A stretch of 64,000 bases of DNA from an uncultured Bacteroidales bacterium. GTDB taxonomy: Bacteria > Bacteroidota > Bacteroidia > Bacteroidales > P3. The stretch covers positions 1,799 to 65,798 of the forward strand of contig CAJOIV010000008.1 of the NCBI GenBank assembly GCA_905234665.1. The letters are read 5' to 3'. The stretch's first letter is position 1, and every line of letters begins with the position of its first letter. Both the position numbers and the translations under genes were made by a program. The notes beneath the pieces are model-generated. The model was given only the letters and a program-made list of their open reading frames with translations. It was not told the DNA's origin and searched no databases. Shown here piece after piece: positions 1 to 10,000 of this stretch.

Positions 1-624
1 TGGCTTTTCTCGCAGTTGGTCGAGGGCATCGTTGAGGGCACCTATCTGGATGGCCATCTCCATATTGTTCTCATTCTGTTCATGGAGAATCTCGTCCACA
101 CGGGCATTGAGCGAGTCCACTTTGTGCGACAACTGTTCCACCTTTAAGTTGGTCTCCTGCCAAGCTGCCACCGCCTGCCGTATCATCACAAACGCCCGCA
201 TAATGTTAATGTTCACCTGTATAGCCGTTTCCGACCGCAGCACAGAACTCAACATCGCAATGCCCAGTTCAGTAAAAGCATAGGGAAGAGCTCTATCACC
301 ACCTCTGTTTGAAATCACAAATTGTGATTTCAAACTATCATCATTAGCATCAACATCTTTATTGTCAGCAGTAGTAGCATCATTATTTGAAATCACAATT
401 TGTGATTTCAAGAACGTCCACTCATTCTTATTCAGTCGAAACAGAAAGTCGTCAGGGAAACGGTCGATATTACGTTTGACTGCCTGATTCAAAGCACGAG
501 TCTCCACATTATACAAATCCGCCAAGTCGCGGTCAAGCATCACACGCAGTCCTCGAACCTCATAAATATGGTCTTTGATGACTTCAATATTGGACTCCTT
601 GCTTATGATTACTTTATCTGTCAT
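1..624 (-). CDS. ORF6N / KilA-N-type DNA-binding domain protein; the 3' end runs off the left edge, so it is absent from the ORF track (no stop in window)
   Basis: My own translation from the ATG at 624-622 gives MTDKVIISKESNIEVIKDHIYEVRGLRVMLDRDLADLYNVETRALNQAVKRNIDRFPDDFLFRLNKNEW...RGGDRALPYAFTELGIAMLSSVLRSETAIQVNINIMRAFV. This is the typical ORF6N signature. The frame stays open to position 1 (208 codons). Confidence 0.8.
   Translation of the reverse strand, partial: MTDKVIISKESNIEVIKDHIYEVRGLRVMLDRDLADLYNVETRALNQAVKRNIDRFPDDFLFRLNKNEWTFLKSQIVISNNDATTADNKDVDANDDSLKSQFVISNRGGDRALPYAFTELGIAMLSSVLRSETAIQVNINIMRAFVMIRQAVAAWQETNLKVEQLSHKVDSLNARVDEILHEQNENNMEMAIQIGALNDALDQLREKP
308..334. repeat. 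27-nt palindrome TTTGAAATCACAA-A-TTGTGATTTCAAA (13-bp arms) inside the ORF6N CDS
   Basis: Read directly; the arms are perfectly complementary. Encodes LKSQFVISN. Confidence 0.9.
387..411. repeat. Second copy of the same palindrome (12-bp arms), TTGAAATCACAA-T-TTGTGATTTCAA
   Basis: Read directly. Encodes a duplicated LKSQIVISN about 78 nt from the first copy, in frame. Confidence 0.9.
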
Positions 625-865
625 ATTGGTCTTTCTCCTTTCAGCAGTTTCCTTCCCCTCACTGCTTCCAGCGTGGTCAGTTGCGGCGACTTGTTTGTCT
701 TCTTTGTCTATTTGGTACTATAGATTAGTGTTTAATAGTTTATTAGTCATGTTCTTGCATGGCATTTTATATATAATGCCAATTTACAAAAATACAAAAA
801 TAAAATGGATTGACGAAAACTTTTTTCTATCTCTCCGGCGATGATGCCAGTTGAACTGGCGACAT

Positions 866-1018
866 TCATGATGCAAGGATTCCGAGAGAGTCTCTCTCGA
901 GGGCGTTGAAGCTCCCTGCGGAGCATTCTTTTACCTCGCGGATATTCACGGGCACCCTCACGTAGGCGGCATCCATGTCGCCGTTGCGCTCGATGAGGGC
1001 AGTGAAACAGTGTTCCAT
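866..1018 (-). pseudogene. Possible truncated DUF1905/YdeI-like remnant (50 codons)
   Basis: Small ORF below the track cutoff: MEHCFTALIERNGDMDAAYVRVPVNIREV..., then unrelated sequence and a stop. The N-terminus resembles DUF1905 starts from memory only. It begins 1 nt after the stop of the upstream gene. Confidence 0.3.
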
Positions 1019-1019
1019 A

Positions 1020-2054
1020 CTAATGCATCTTGTTGACGGTGCGTATTTTTGCCAACATGGTGGCGGCCCATGCGGAGTCGTTGGGCATCTGGTAGCGGCA
1101 GTTGCCGGAGGACGAAAGGGTGAAGGGGGTCTCGGCGCTGGGCAGGATGGTCACGGTGCCGCGTTCCGAGAGGATGAAAAGGCTGTCGCCCTCCACGGCG
1201 TTGATGACCGCCATAGGGTCCCACATCTTCTGGCCGGTATTGCAGTTGCAGGTCATGTACACCTGCTTGATGGGATGGATGTCAGTCCAGTCGATGTCGG
1301 CGATGACTTGCTCAGGCGTGTACTCGACCATTTGCCCCGTCTCCATGGGCGAGAAGACAATGTCCACCTCCGACGGCCACAGACGGAAGAGGCTCTGCGC
1401 GAAATCGATACCCTGCGCGAAGTTGTAGTCACCTTCGTCGGCCACGCCGAAGCGGCCGCCTTGGATATAGAGGCACTGTACCTTCTGGCGCACCAGCTCC
1501 ACGCCGCTGAGCGGCGAATACTCGTCACCCGGCGACTCCAGCAGCTGTGTCAGGCAGGTGACAAAGCCCACCGACACGATACGTACCGAATGGTCTGGTT
1601 CGGCGGCCAGCAGGCGGCGGTAGAGCTGCAATCCGTCGGGCAATGCAGAATAATCCTCCACGGAGTGCTGGAACATCGGGCTTCCATCGGCAAGGGTATA
1701 GCCTGGTAACCCCTTGTAGTCAATCCATACTGAGGGGTTCTCGATGCCGTTGCGTACCAGCGCAATGGGCAGGTCGCTGTGGCCGAAGTAAGTGTTCATC
1801 ACGTCGGCACAGGCGGCGCAGTCCTCGCCCATGCGGTCCACCACTATGCCCAGCAGGCGGCAGCGCCCCTGCTCGTGGTAACGGTAGAGCATTTCGAGGG
1901 CAAACAGGTCGTCGGTCGACGACCCCATATCGGTGTCATAGATAATGGCCGGAACGGTGGCAATCGGGTCTACGGCCTTGTTCTTGCAGCATGACATCAG
2001 TATCGAGCAACCGATGACCATCATGCAGCAGAGGTGGAGGAATCGTGAATGCAT
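1020..2054 (-). CDS. Nucleoside hydrolase family protein (inosine/uridine-preferring type) with a lipoprotein-like signal peptide
   Basis: Has the N-terminal IIYDTDMGSSTDDLFALEMLY motif (DxDxxxDD Ca/ribose-binding motif of the IUNH family). Hydrophobic leader with Cys (ILMSCC). Confidence 0.8.
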   Translation of the reverse strand: MHSRFLHLCCMMVIGCSILMSCCKNKAVDPIATVPAIIYDTDMGSSTDDLFALEMLYRYHEQGRCRLLGIVVDRMGEDCAACADVMNTYFGHSDLPIALVRNGIENPSVWIDYKGLPGYTLADGSPMFQHSVEDYSALPDGLQLYRRLLAAEPDHSVRIVSVGFVTCLTQLLESPGDEYSPLSGVELVRQKVQCLYIQGGRFGVADEGDYNFAQGIDFAQSLFRLWPSEVDIVFSPMETGQMVEYTPEQVIADIDWTDIHPIKQVYMTCNCNTGQKMWDPMAVINAVEGDSLFILSERGTVTILPSAETPFTLSSSGNCRYQMPNDSAWAATMLAKIRTVNKMH

Positions 2055-2133
2055 ATAAGCAGAATCTTTGAGGGGTCTCTATTGTCGTTTGTTCTTAATA
2101 TTACGCAGTATTTCGGATTTTATTGCCCGACGG

Positions 2134-2898
2134 CTATTTCAGATGCAGTTTCCTCTTGGCTGCGTCAATCTCTGACTGAATCTTCAGCACCGAGACCCGA
2201 AAGGACTCCTTGGACTTTCTTTTTTCATTCATTTCTTCGTCCAACTTCATCCTTTCTTCGCGGTAGGCCTCGATATCCTTGTCGCTGACGTTCATCATCT
2301 GTTTGCACTGTGCGTAGGTGTGCTGCATGTCCATCAGGATTTCATGGCTCAATATCACATCGAAACAGTATCCGAAATCCAGCAAAGCCTTTAAGTTTCT
2401 ATATGGCATTTCGTGGGAAAACCTGATTGTCGAAGAGTCGGACACCATCGTCTTGTATAGATTGCGTTCCTGGTAGAATCCAGCCACATTTTCTGTGAAG
2501 AGCACGTTGCCTACCGTATTGATGGTCTCAATGTTCGACGAGAAGATTTTTTCTGTCGTCTCGGTGTAATTCACTACCGGGGTCAGATAGACGAACTGAT
2601 ACTTCAGACTGTCGAAGAGTGTGGTGTCGTCGGCAATCTGCTTCTGAATCTGCAAGGCCCGGCAGACATTGTTGTCTGCTTTCTCGATTAACTCCAATGT
2701 ATTGTACATATCGTATATCACCATCATCACTATCTCCCGCTTCTCTTTTTTCTGCTTGTTGTGGTCGATAATGGCCGCGGTGCCGAAGGTAAGTGCGATG
2801 GAGATTGTGGTGGCCAGGAGCGACAGCAGGAACTGCTTCGTTGAGGACATCTCGCCGTCCGAGGAGTGCTTCTTCGTTGGTTGCGATTGCTTGGTCAT
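2134..2898 (-). CDS. Hypothetical protein with one N-terminal TM helix and a Lys/Glu-rich C-terminus
   Basis: 254-aa ORF in a visibly lower-GC patch. TM segment LLSLLATTISIALTFGTAAII. I recognise no family motif. Confidence 0.55.
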   Translation of the reverse strand: MTKQSQPTKKHSSDGEMSSTKQFLLSLLATTISIALTFGTAAIIDHNKQKKEKREIVMMVIYDMYNTLELIEKADNNVCRALQIQKQIADDTTLFDSLKYQFVYLTPVVNYTETTEKIFSSNIETINTVGNVLFTENVAGFYQERNLYKTMVSDSSTIRFSHEMPYRNLKALLDFGYCFDVILSHEILMDMQHTYAQCKQMMNVSDKDIEAYREERMKLDEEMNEKRKSKESFRVSVLKIQSEIDAAKRKLHLK

Positions 2899-2984
2899 TT
2901 CTCTTTTCTTGTTTGTTGGTCTGTCAAATAGTCATAATGCTCTTCGTCATTATGTTATGGCAGGACCGTTGGTGGGGCGATGAA

Positions 2985-3470
2985 TCATACGGTGAGGTCG
3001 GCCAGAGTGCCGTGGGCGGCGTTGACGAGGTCTTGCGGGGCGAGTCGGAATTGGAGGCCGCGCTGGCCGGCGCTGCAATAGACGGTGTCGTATTGCATGA
3101 CGCTCTCGTGGAACCAGGTGGGCAATGGCTTTTTCATGCCGATGGGCGAGCAGCCGCCACGGATGTAGCCCGTCAGCGGCTGCAGTTCCTTGACGTGGAT
3201 CATCTCCAGTTTCTTGTTGCCCGTGACCTTGGCGGCCTTTTTGAGGTCCACCTCCGCGGCTCCGGGGATGACGCAGACGACGAGACCCGTCTTGTCGCCA
3301 CGCAGCACGAGCGTCTTGAACAGCTGTTCGATGGGTTGCCCGAGCTGCTCGGCGATATGCTGAGCCCCGAGGTCGTTCTCGTCCACCTCGTAGGGGATGA
3401 GCTCGTAGGCAATCTTCAGCTGGTCGAGGAGCCTCGCGGCATTGGTTTTATTGATTTTCTTATCCGCCAT
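2985..3470 (-). CDS. ybaK: Cys-tRNA(Pro)/Cys-tRNA(Cys) deacylase YbaK
   Basis: From the internal ATG: MADKKINKTNAARLLDQLKIAYELIPYEVDE...VIPGAAEVDLKKAAKVTGNKKLEMIHVKELQPLTGYIRGGCSPIGMKK. This is YbaK-type. The ATG at 3470-3468 overlaps the upstream stop (TGATG). Confidence 0.8.
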   Translation of the reverse strand: MADKKINKTNAARLLDQLKIAYELIPYEVDENDLGAQHIAEQLGQPIEQLFKTLVLRGDKTGLVVCVIPGAAEVDLKKAAKVTGNKKLEMIHVKELQPLTGYIRGGCSPIGMKKPLPTWFHESVMQYDTVYCSAGQRGLQFRLAPQDLVNAAHGTLADLTV

Positions 3471-4186
3471 CACGCCTCCTGCCATTTGAAATTCTCTTTG
3501 CCGGCGGCTGTCTCGAAGTTGTACTTGACGATTCCGAGGTCGAGCTTGGCCCATCCCACCAAGGAGAATCGGGCTTGGGCGGCGACGGTGTGGTCGTCGA
3601 CGAGTTCGAACTCGAACCTCTGCTGGTGCACGGCTGTGGGGGCGAGGAGGGCGGCTTCCATACCACGACGGAACCAGTCGGGCATTGGGGTAGTGGATTT
3701 CACGAATCTCTCCATGGGGCGCATGGGGTGCTGGACGCCCTGGTTGGCACCGTAGCCGAAGGCTATGACGCAGTGCATCTTCTCGCCGGGGTCAATGGTG
3801 TAGCGGTCGGGTTCTTTGCCCACAGAGAGTCCCACCCAGCAGCTGTTCAATCCCAGCGTCTGCGCCAGCAGCACCAATCGCTCGCCGTAGTAGCCGATTG
3901 CCTCGTCAGCCCCTTTGGGACCAATCATGGCCAGATAGTTGCGCACACCGCTGAACTTGCCGTATTTGACCATGCCGCCGGTAAAGGCGTGCGGCTCGTT
4001 GGTGACCAGCTGGATGTGCAGTCCTCCTTCCTGATTGCAGAGGGCAATCTCCTCGTTGAGGCGGTTGATAATGTCGTCCTCGATGGCCTTTTCTCGATAC
4101 TGCCGCACCGAATGCCGTGCAGCGATGGCTTCGTTGAGTGTCATAATGGCTTGTTGAGTGTTATTTTCGGTAAATAACGCCGACAT
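3470..4186 (-). CDS. Nitroreductase family protein
   Basis: LNEAIAARHSVRQYREKAIEDDIINRLNEEI... is a typical nitroreductase N-terminus (RxSxRxY). The 238-aa length fits. Confidence 0.8.
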   Translation of the reverse strand: MSALFTENNTQQAIMTLNEAIAARHSVRQYREKAIEDDIINRLNEEIALCNQEGGLHIQLVTNEPHAFTGGMVKYGKFSGVRNYLAMIGPKGADEAIGYYGERLVLLAQTLGLNSCWVGLSVGKEPDRYTIDPGEKMHCVIAFGYGANQGVQHPMRPMERFVKSTTPMPDWFRRGMEAALLAPTAVHQQRFEFELVDDHTVAAQARFSLVGWAKLDLGIVKYNFETAAGKENFKWQEA

Positions 4187-4261
4187 GTATAATTTATTGT
4201 TTTGACGGGAGAAAACAATAAAAACAATTCGCCTGCGTTCTCAAGAGAGAAAACCACCCCG

Positions 4262-6988
4262 ATGATTGACACTTCTCCAAAACCTGCAAGACTCCCCGGC
4301 GAAAGCCGTTCCGCTGAACCTCATCTGGCCTTCAACGGCAAGTGGAGGAGCTATCAGCAGAGAATCCTGGACAGCCTCAGTTTCCATCTGCGGGACGAGA
4401 AACTCCATATCGTTGCCGCCCCTGGTGCTGGCAAGACAACCCTCGGCATCGAGGTCATTGCCCGGCTCCATCGGCCCACACTCATTCTCTGTCCCACCAA
4501 CACAATCAAGAACCAGTGGCGGGAGCGAATCTGCTCTTCTTTCCTTCAGGAGAAGGACTACGACAGAGTCTCCACCCTGATCAGGCAGCCCCAATACCTG
4601 ACGGTGACGACCTACCAGGCCCTGCTGGCAGCCTTCTGTGGCCGTTCCGAGGAGGAAGAGACACCTGCATCGGAGGCCTCCCCGGAACAGGAAGAAACGG
4701 ATAGTGAGAGCATCGTTTCGTCGGCACGATTCAACAAAGAAAAGGCCGATGAGACCATCGCCATCATCAAAGCGGCTAACATCTCGCTGCTCTGTTTCGA
4801 CGAGGCCCACCACCTGCGCAAAGAATGGTGGAAAGCACTTACCTACCTCAACGAACAGCTGAAGCCGGAGCAGACACTGGCCTTGACGGCCACGCCTCCC
4901 TACGATGCCGACTACGGTGAATGGAAGAGGTATCGCGAACTCTGTGGCGAGATAGACGAGGTCATCTCCATCCCAGAACTTGTCAAGAACGGAGACCTTT
5001 GCCCTCACCAGGACTTCCTCTGTTTCTCCCATCTGAAACAGCATGAACGTGACGCGCTCAACCAATACGGACAGCATGTCGAGGCGTTCGTCAAGATGAT
5101 TCAGGACGATTCGGAACTCTTGAAATGCTTCTCGAAGATGAAATTCTTTGAGGTCAAGGACTCCGATATCGAAATGATTCTCGAGACGCCGGAGTTCTAT
5201 GTGTCCATAGCATCGTTGCTGAACAGTCGGGGGTACCCTGTCCCCAAAAGATTCCTGGAGCTCTTTGATGCCAGGCAGGCCGACCTGCCGGCTTTCGACC
5301 TGAAGAGGGCCTCGGTATTCATCAAAGGGTTTATGGAAACCACGGCCGATTGTTTTGCACCCTTGGAATCAAAGAGGAACGACTATTTCGAGACCGCACG
5401 AAGGATGGGGCTTGTCGCCAACAAGAAAGTCATCCTTGCCGACAACCCGAAAATCAGGCGGCTGGTGGCAAACAGCACAGGGAAACTGGATTCCATCGTC
5501 CAGATTGTCAACCATGAGTTGGCACAGTTACAGCAGCGGCTGCGGATGGTCATCCTGACCGACTATATCCGAATGGACGACACTGCCTGCCAGAGTGTTG
5601 GAGTGGTGCCCATCTGGCGGACGCTGAAAGAGCATGCCGGAACGCAGGTGTCGATTGGAGTGCTCTGTGGCACACTTATCCTTTTGCCGCAAAACATCTT
5701 CGGAAGGTTGTACCGGTTGCTGTCGGACAACAAGATTCCGGAAGACGCTGTGTCCATTGGCCATTTCGACGACGACAGGAACTATGTCAAGGTCACCCCC
5801 AGGGAGAGCGTCCGCAACCATATCGTCGCGTTGATAACAGAGATGTTCTGTGCAGGCGACCTGACGATACTTATTGGCACACAAGCCCTGCTTGGCGAAG
5901 GGTGGGATGCTCCCGCCATCAACACACTCATACTCTCAAGCACAGTGAGTTCCTATATGCTTTCCAACCAGATGAGAGGGCGCGCCATCCGTATCGACAG
6001 GAACAACCCCGACAAGGTGTCGAACATCTGGCACCTGGCCACCATCGAGGATGCCGACAGCTCCGACCTCGATCAGCTGGCCGTAAGGTTCAAAGGATTT
6101 GAGGCACCGTCGTACTATGGCCAGCATGCCATTGTGTCGGGATTGGAAAGGATAACGGATGCCCCCGACGTGTCGCCATTGCTCTCCCCGAAAGATAGGA
6201 TTGCACGGCTTGAGGACACCACCGCCAGCCTCTCGACAAACAGGGAGCAGACACGTCAGTGGTGGAAGGATTCGTTGTACACGGGTTCCAACCATGCCCC
6301 CACGGGCATGTCGACAGGTGTCGAGGTGCCCCGGACGGTCACGAAGATGTTTCTCTTCACTGGGTACAAGTATAAGATAATCACCTTCTTGTCGATTGTT
6401 ATTCTCTTTCTTTGTTTCGCAAGTAACTTCATCCCGTCGCTGTTCTCTTTCTTCGTCGTCATGGCAGTGCTGGCGTCGGTTGTATTCTTTGGAATCATGG
6501 CAGTGAAATACCTCAAGACAGGAACGGTGGAAGGTGTGCTGAAACAAATCGCCTTGGCTCTATTGGAAACGCTGTCGTACCAAGGGATAGTCAAGTCGTC
6601 CATAAAGAATGTGGGGTTGCGCGTTTCCGACGAGAGTGGCCTGCTCTTCGTCAGTTGCACCAACCTCCCGGCCGAGGAGAACAACCTGTTCATCCAGTCC
6701 CTGCAGGAGCTGCTGGACCCGGTCGAGAATCCCCGCTACCTGCTTGTCAAGCATAGCACCCTCAAGGGGAAGGTCAAGCAGACCGACTATTTCTCCGTCC
6801 CAGCATTGTTGTCGGCCAACCGCAAGAGTGTCGATATGTTCCAGAAGCTGTGGGAACGGTATGTCGGGAAATGTGAGGTTGTCTATACCCGCAGCCTTGC
6901 TGGCCGCAAAGTGCTGTTGAAAGCCCGCAAGGATGCCTCCTCCGCCATGAATCGGGAGAGGAGCAAGCGGCTCTCTAAATGGCAATAG
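4262..6988 (+). CDS. SF2 (DEAH / type III restriction Res-like) helicase with a TM hairpin and an extra C-terminal domain
   Basis: Motif I AAPGAGKT, motif II FDEAHH, motif III LTATPP, GEGWDAP, motif VI QMRGRAIR. Two hydrophobic helices are encoded at about nt 6375-6510 (IITFLSIVILFLCFASNFIPSLFSFFVVMAVLASVVFFGIMAV). The track starts at a TTG at 4202; I prefer the ATG at 4262, which leaves room for a divergent promoter. Confidence 0.8.
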   Translation: MIDTSPKPARLPGESRSAEPHLAFNGKWRSYQQRILDSLSFHLRDEKLHIVAAPGAGKTTLGIEVIARLHRPTLILCPTNTIKNQWRERICSSFLQEKDYDRVSTLIRQPQYLTVTTYQALLAAFCGRSEEEETPASEASPEQEETDSESIVSSARFNKEKADETIAIIKAANISLLCFDEAHHLRKEWWKALTYLNEQLKPEQTLALTATPPYDADYGEWKRYRELCGEIDEVISIPELVKNGDLCPHQDFLCFSHLKQHERDALNQYGQHVEAFVKMIQDDSELLKCFSKMKFFEVKDSDIEMILETPEFYVSIASLLNSRGYPVPKRFLELFDARQADLPAFDLKRASVFIKGFMETTADCFAPLESKRNDYFETARRMGLVANKKVILADNPKIRRLVANSTGKLDSIVQIVNHELAQLQQRLRMVILTDYIRMDDTACQSVGVVPIWRTLKEHAGTQVSIGVLCGTLILLPQNIFGRLYRLLSDNKIPEDAVSIGHFDDDRNYVKVTPRESVRNHIVALITEMFCAGDLTILIGTQALLGEGWDAPAINTLILSSTVSSYMLSNQMRGRAIRIDRNNPDKVSNIWHLATIEDADSSDLDQLAVRFKGFEAPSYYGQHAIVSGLERITDAPDVSPLLSPKDRIARLEDTTASLSTNREQTRQWWKDSLYTGSNHAPTGMSTGVEVPRTVTKMFLFTGYKYKIITFLSIVILFLCFASNFIPSLFSFFVVMAVLASVVFFGIMAVKYLKTGTVEGVLKQIALALLETLSYQGIVKSSIKNVGLRVSDESGLLFVSCTNLPAEENNLFIQSLQELLDPVENPRYLLVKHSTLKGKVKQTDYFSVPALLSANRKSVDMFQKLWERYVGKCEVVYTRSLAGRKVLLKARKDASSAMNRERSKRLSKWQ

Positions 6989-6994
6989 CATACG

Positions 6995-7024
6995 TGCAGC
7001 CCCTCTCCTTTGCGGGGAGCTGCA
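6995..7024. terminator. Candidate bidirectional terminator hairpin between convergent genes
   Basis: TGCAGCCCC...GGGGAGCTGCA stem (about 9 bp with one bulge) in the 42-nt gap between the helicase stop and the giant gene stop. There is no strong U-tract. Confidence 0.4.
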
Positions 7025-7030
7025 TGACTA

Positions 7031-10000
7031 TTATCTTATCAAGGTGACGGTGCCGTATTGGTAGTTGACTTCCTTGCTGCCTTTTGGTGAGGTCCGGACA
7101 CGGTAGACGTATGTGGCCTGCGGACAGAGGATGCCTTTGCTGCGGCCGTCCCACCCCTCGTCGGGGTCGTCACTCTCATAGACTTTCAATCCGCGGCGGT
7201 TGAATATCTCGACGTGGAAGTTGGTCTTGTTGAGGGTGGGGACATAGAATCTGTTGTTTGTCTCCTCGTTGGGGGTGAAGACATTGGAGGTCCACACCTC
7301 GTCGTTGTAGAGGGTGACGGGGATATCGGCGGTGTCGGAACATCCGCTGCGGTAGGCCACCACCTGGATGAGGAAGGTGTCGGCGAGCCACGATGGCGGT
7401 ATCTGGTATTGGTAGTGGTCGCCGTAGTGCATACTGCTGTCAGGGAATAGCCAATAGAATCCTTCGGCGCTGATGCTCTGGTTGACAAGCTCGATATCGG
7501 CCTCGCCACGGCGCACTCGGCTGGGTAAGGCGGCGCCTTTGGCGCGTGGGATGATACCCGTGGTGACCTGGTGCTCAGCCGAACCCATGCAGAGGCCGCT
7601 ATAGCCTGTAATCATGTATCGTATGTCGTCCGTGGGGGAGACAATGATGGTGAACATGGAGGCCTGTGTGTCAAGCGCGGGGTCATAGGGTTCGGAATTC
7701 CAGATGACCGGGACATCGGAATGCGCCTCAAGGGTGACGGTACGTCCAATGCAGCCGCTGTCGCTGCCCGTGATAGTCATAATGGGGACGGTATCGACAA
7801 AGATGAAGATACTGTCCACGACCGAGCAAAGGGTGTCGTAGGTCGTGGCGAGTACGGGGAAGAATCCTGTGGCACGGGGTTTGTAGAGGATACTGTCTTG
7901 CGGGGTGTAGACGCCAGTGCCTGCAGGTAATCCCAGCCAGGAGTAGAGCTCGCCGCCCGTGGCGGTGAGGAGGACGGTGTCGCCTGTGCAGATGCGGTCG
8001 GCCGAGGTATGGAGCGCAAGGTCGGGATAGGGCACTATCTCCACCTGATGATCTATCTCGACGGCGCAGATATGACTCTTGCCGCGCAGGTGATAGAGGG
8101 TGCTTGCGGCCGGGTAGAGGTGCAGGGTGTCAGCGTGTTCCTGGCCTGCCAGCGATGCGTCGGCAGGTGTGGAGGTCCACCAGAGGGTGTCGGCGGGGTT
8201 CTCGACGGCGAGGGTGACTTCACTCCCCTCGCACCAGCGGGTGGCGCCGTGGATGGCCATATCGGGATAGGGATAGACGGTGATGCGGATGGTGTCTGAC
8301 GCGGCACAGAGGAGGTTGTCGGTGGCCCCGTTGAGGACAAAGGTGTGCGTGCCGACGGGAGGGACGATGTTGTATGTGCTGTCGGTTCCGAAGGTTGTGG
8401 CACCGGGCCAGAAGTAGCGGGGCGCCCCAGAGGCAAAGAGGTGCAGGGTGTCGCCGTCGCAGAGGAGTGTGTCGGCGGCCTGGAGGCTCACGGGTGGATA
8501 GAGGAACACCTCCACCTCCACGGTGGCAGTGTCGGGACAGCCATAATCCATGCTGCCTTCCACGGTGTAGACGCGGTTGGCCTTGGGGATGTCGTAGATG
8601 GGATTGGCGGTGCTGCCCATGTAGTCGAGCCAACGGTAGTGCTGTGCCCCCGAGCCTCTTACCGTAACGCTGTCGCCAAGGCATATCTGGCTGCGGTTGA
8701 CGGTTGCAGTCACTATGGGGTAGCGGTGGACGGCGACATGGTGGCCGTCGTGCTGGTAAGGCTGGAAGGGGGTGTGGAGGGTGATATAGACGCTGTCGCG
8801 GTTGATGCAGCCGTTGCTGTCGATGCCCCAGACATTGACGACGGTGTCGCTTTGCGGGGTAAGGGTCTGAGAAGTGACATTGCCGAAGGATGCTCCTGCA
8901 GGTGTGCTGTGTGTCCAGGCATAGGCGTCGGCTCCCGAGGCAGCGAGGGAAAGGCTCCCGCCGAGGCAGAACTCAGTGGTGTCGGGGGTGAGGGTCACGA
9001 TGGGCAGCGGGTTGACGATGATGGTGAGGTCTTGGGTGTCGGCACAGAGCATCATGCTGTCTGTGGCATAGACGATATAGGTGGTGGTCTGCGGCGGTGT
9101 GACAATCCGTTGGTCGCTGAGGGTGTAGTTGTTGCCCATCGTCCATGAGTATTGGTAGGCGCCTTCGGCAAAGAGGGTGGCGCTCTCGCCATAGCATAGC
9201 ACGCTGTCGTCGGCCGAGAGGGTCAGCACTGGCACAGGATGCACGTTCACCGTGACGGATGCACGCCCTGTGCAGTTGAGGGAATGCACGCGGGAGGCGA
9301 CATGATAGGTGAAGGCCCCGAGGGTGTCGGGCATGTCGTGTAAATAGCCCGAGGTGGTGTATTCTCCTCCTTGCCAGGCGTATCGTTCTCCACCCGAGGC
9401 GGTGAGGCGCACACTGTCGCCCAGACAGATATCTGTAGGCCCGTAGAATTGCACTATCGGTGTGTCGATGACAATCATCTCGATGGGGGCGGTGACCACG
9501 CACACGCCGCCAGGCATGCTGCCCGTGACGATATATGTCATGGTCTGCTGGGGCCGGTAGACATGATAGCCATTATGGAGACCGAATTCTGTCTCGTCCA
9601 TCCAGAGGTACTGCTCGCAGCCCGAGGCCGAGAGGATGATGCTGTCGCCCAGGCACACCGTGGTGGTCTCGGGGTCGACGTAGAGGTTGGGCCGCTGGTG
9701 GACATGGATGGGCAGGGTGTCGGCCACGCGGCAGACGCTGTCGCGTGGTGTGCCGCGGACGATGATGAGCGTGTCGTGCAAGGGTGTCACAAATCGGCCT
9801 GCCTCGGTGCCGAATGCCGTCTCACTCCCCCAGGCATAGAGGTTCGATCCGGTGGCCGAGATCCAGAGGCTGTCGCCCGAGCAGACGTTGGTGTCGCCGT
9901 GCAGATGGACGTTGTAGAATGGCTTCACTTCCACGAGAATGCTGTCGTAGGCGTAGCATCCGTTGGCGGCGCGGGTGGTGATATGATACCAGGTGCTGTC

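Noticed and set aside
787-802. Two tandem CAAAAATA strings (TATTTTTG on the minus strand) as a promoter for the ORF6N gene
   Set aside because: They match TAnnTTTG but lie about 165-175 nt upstream of the ATG in very AT-rich DNA, where such matches occur by chance. The evidence is too weak to list as a feature.
575-844. 89-aa + strand ORF in the AT-rich spacer
   Set aside because: It overlaps the 5' end of the ORF6N gene on the opposite strand and continues through probable promoter DNA. It is hydrophobic and low-complexity with no recognisable motif.
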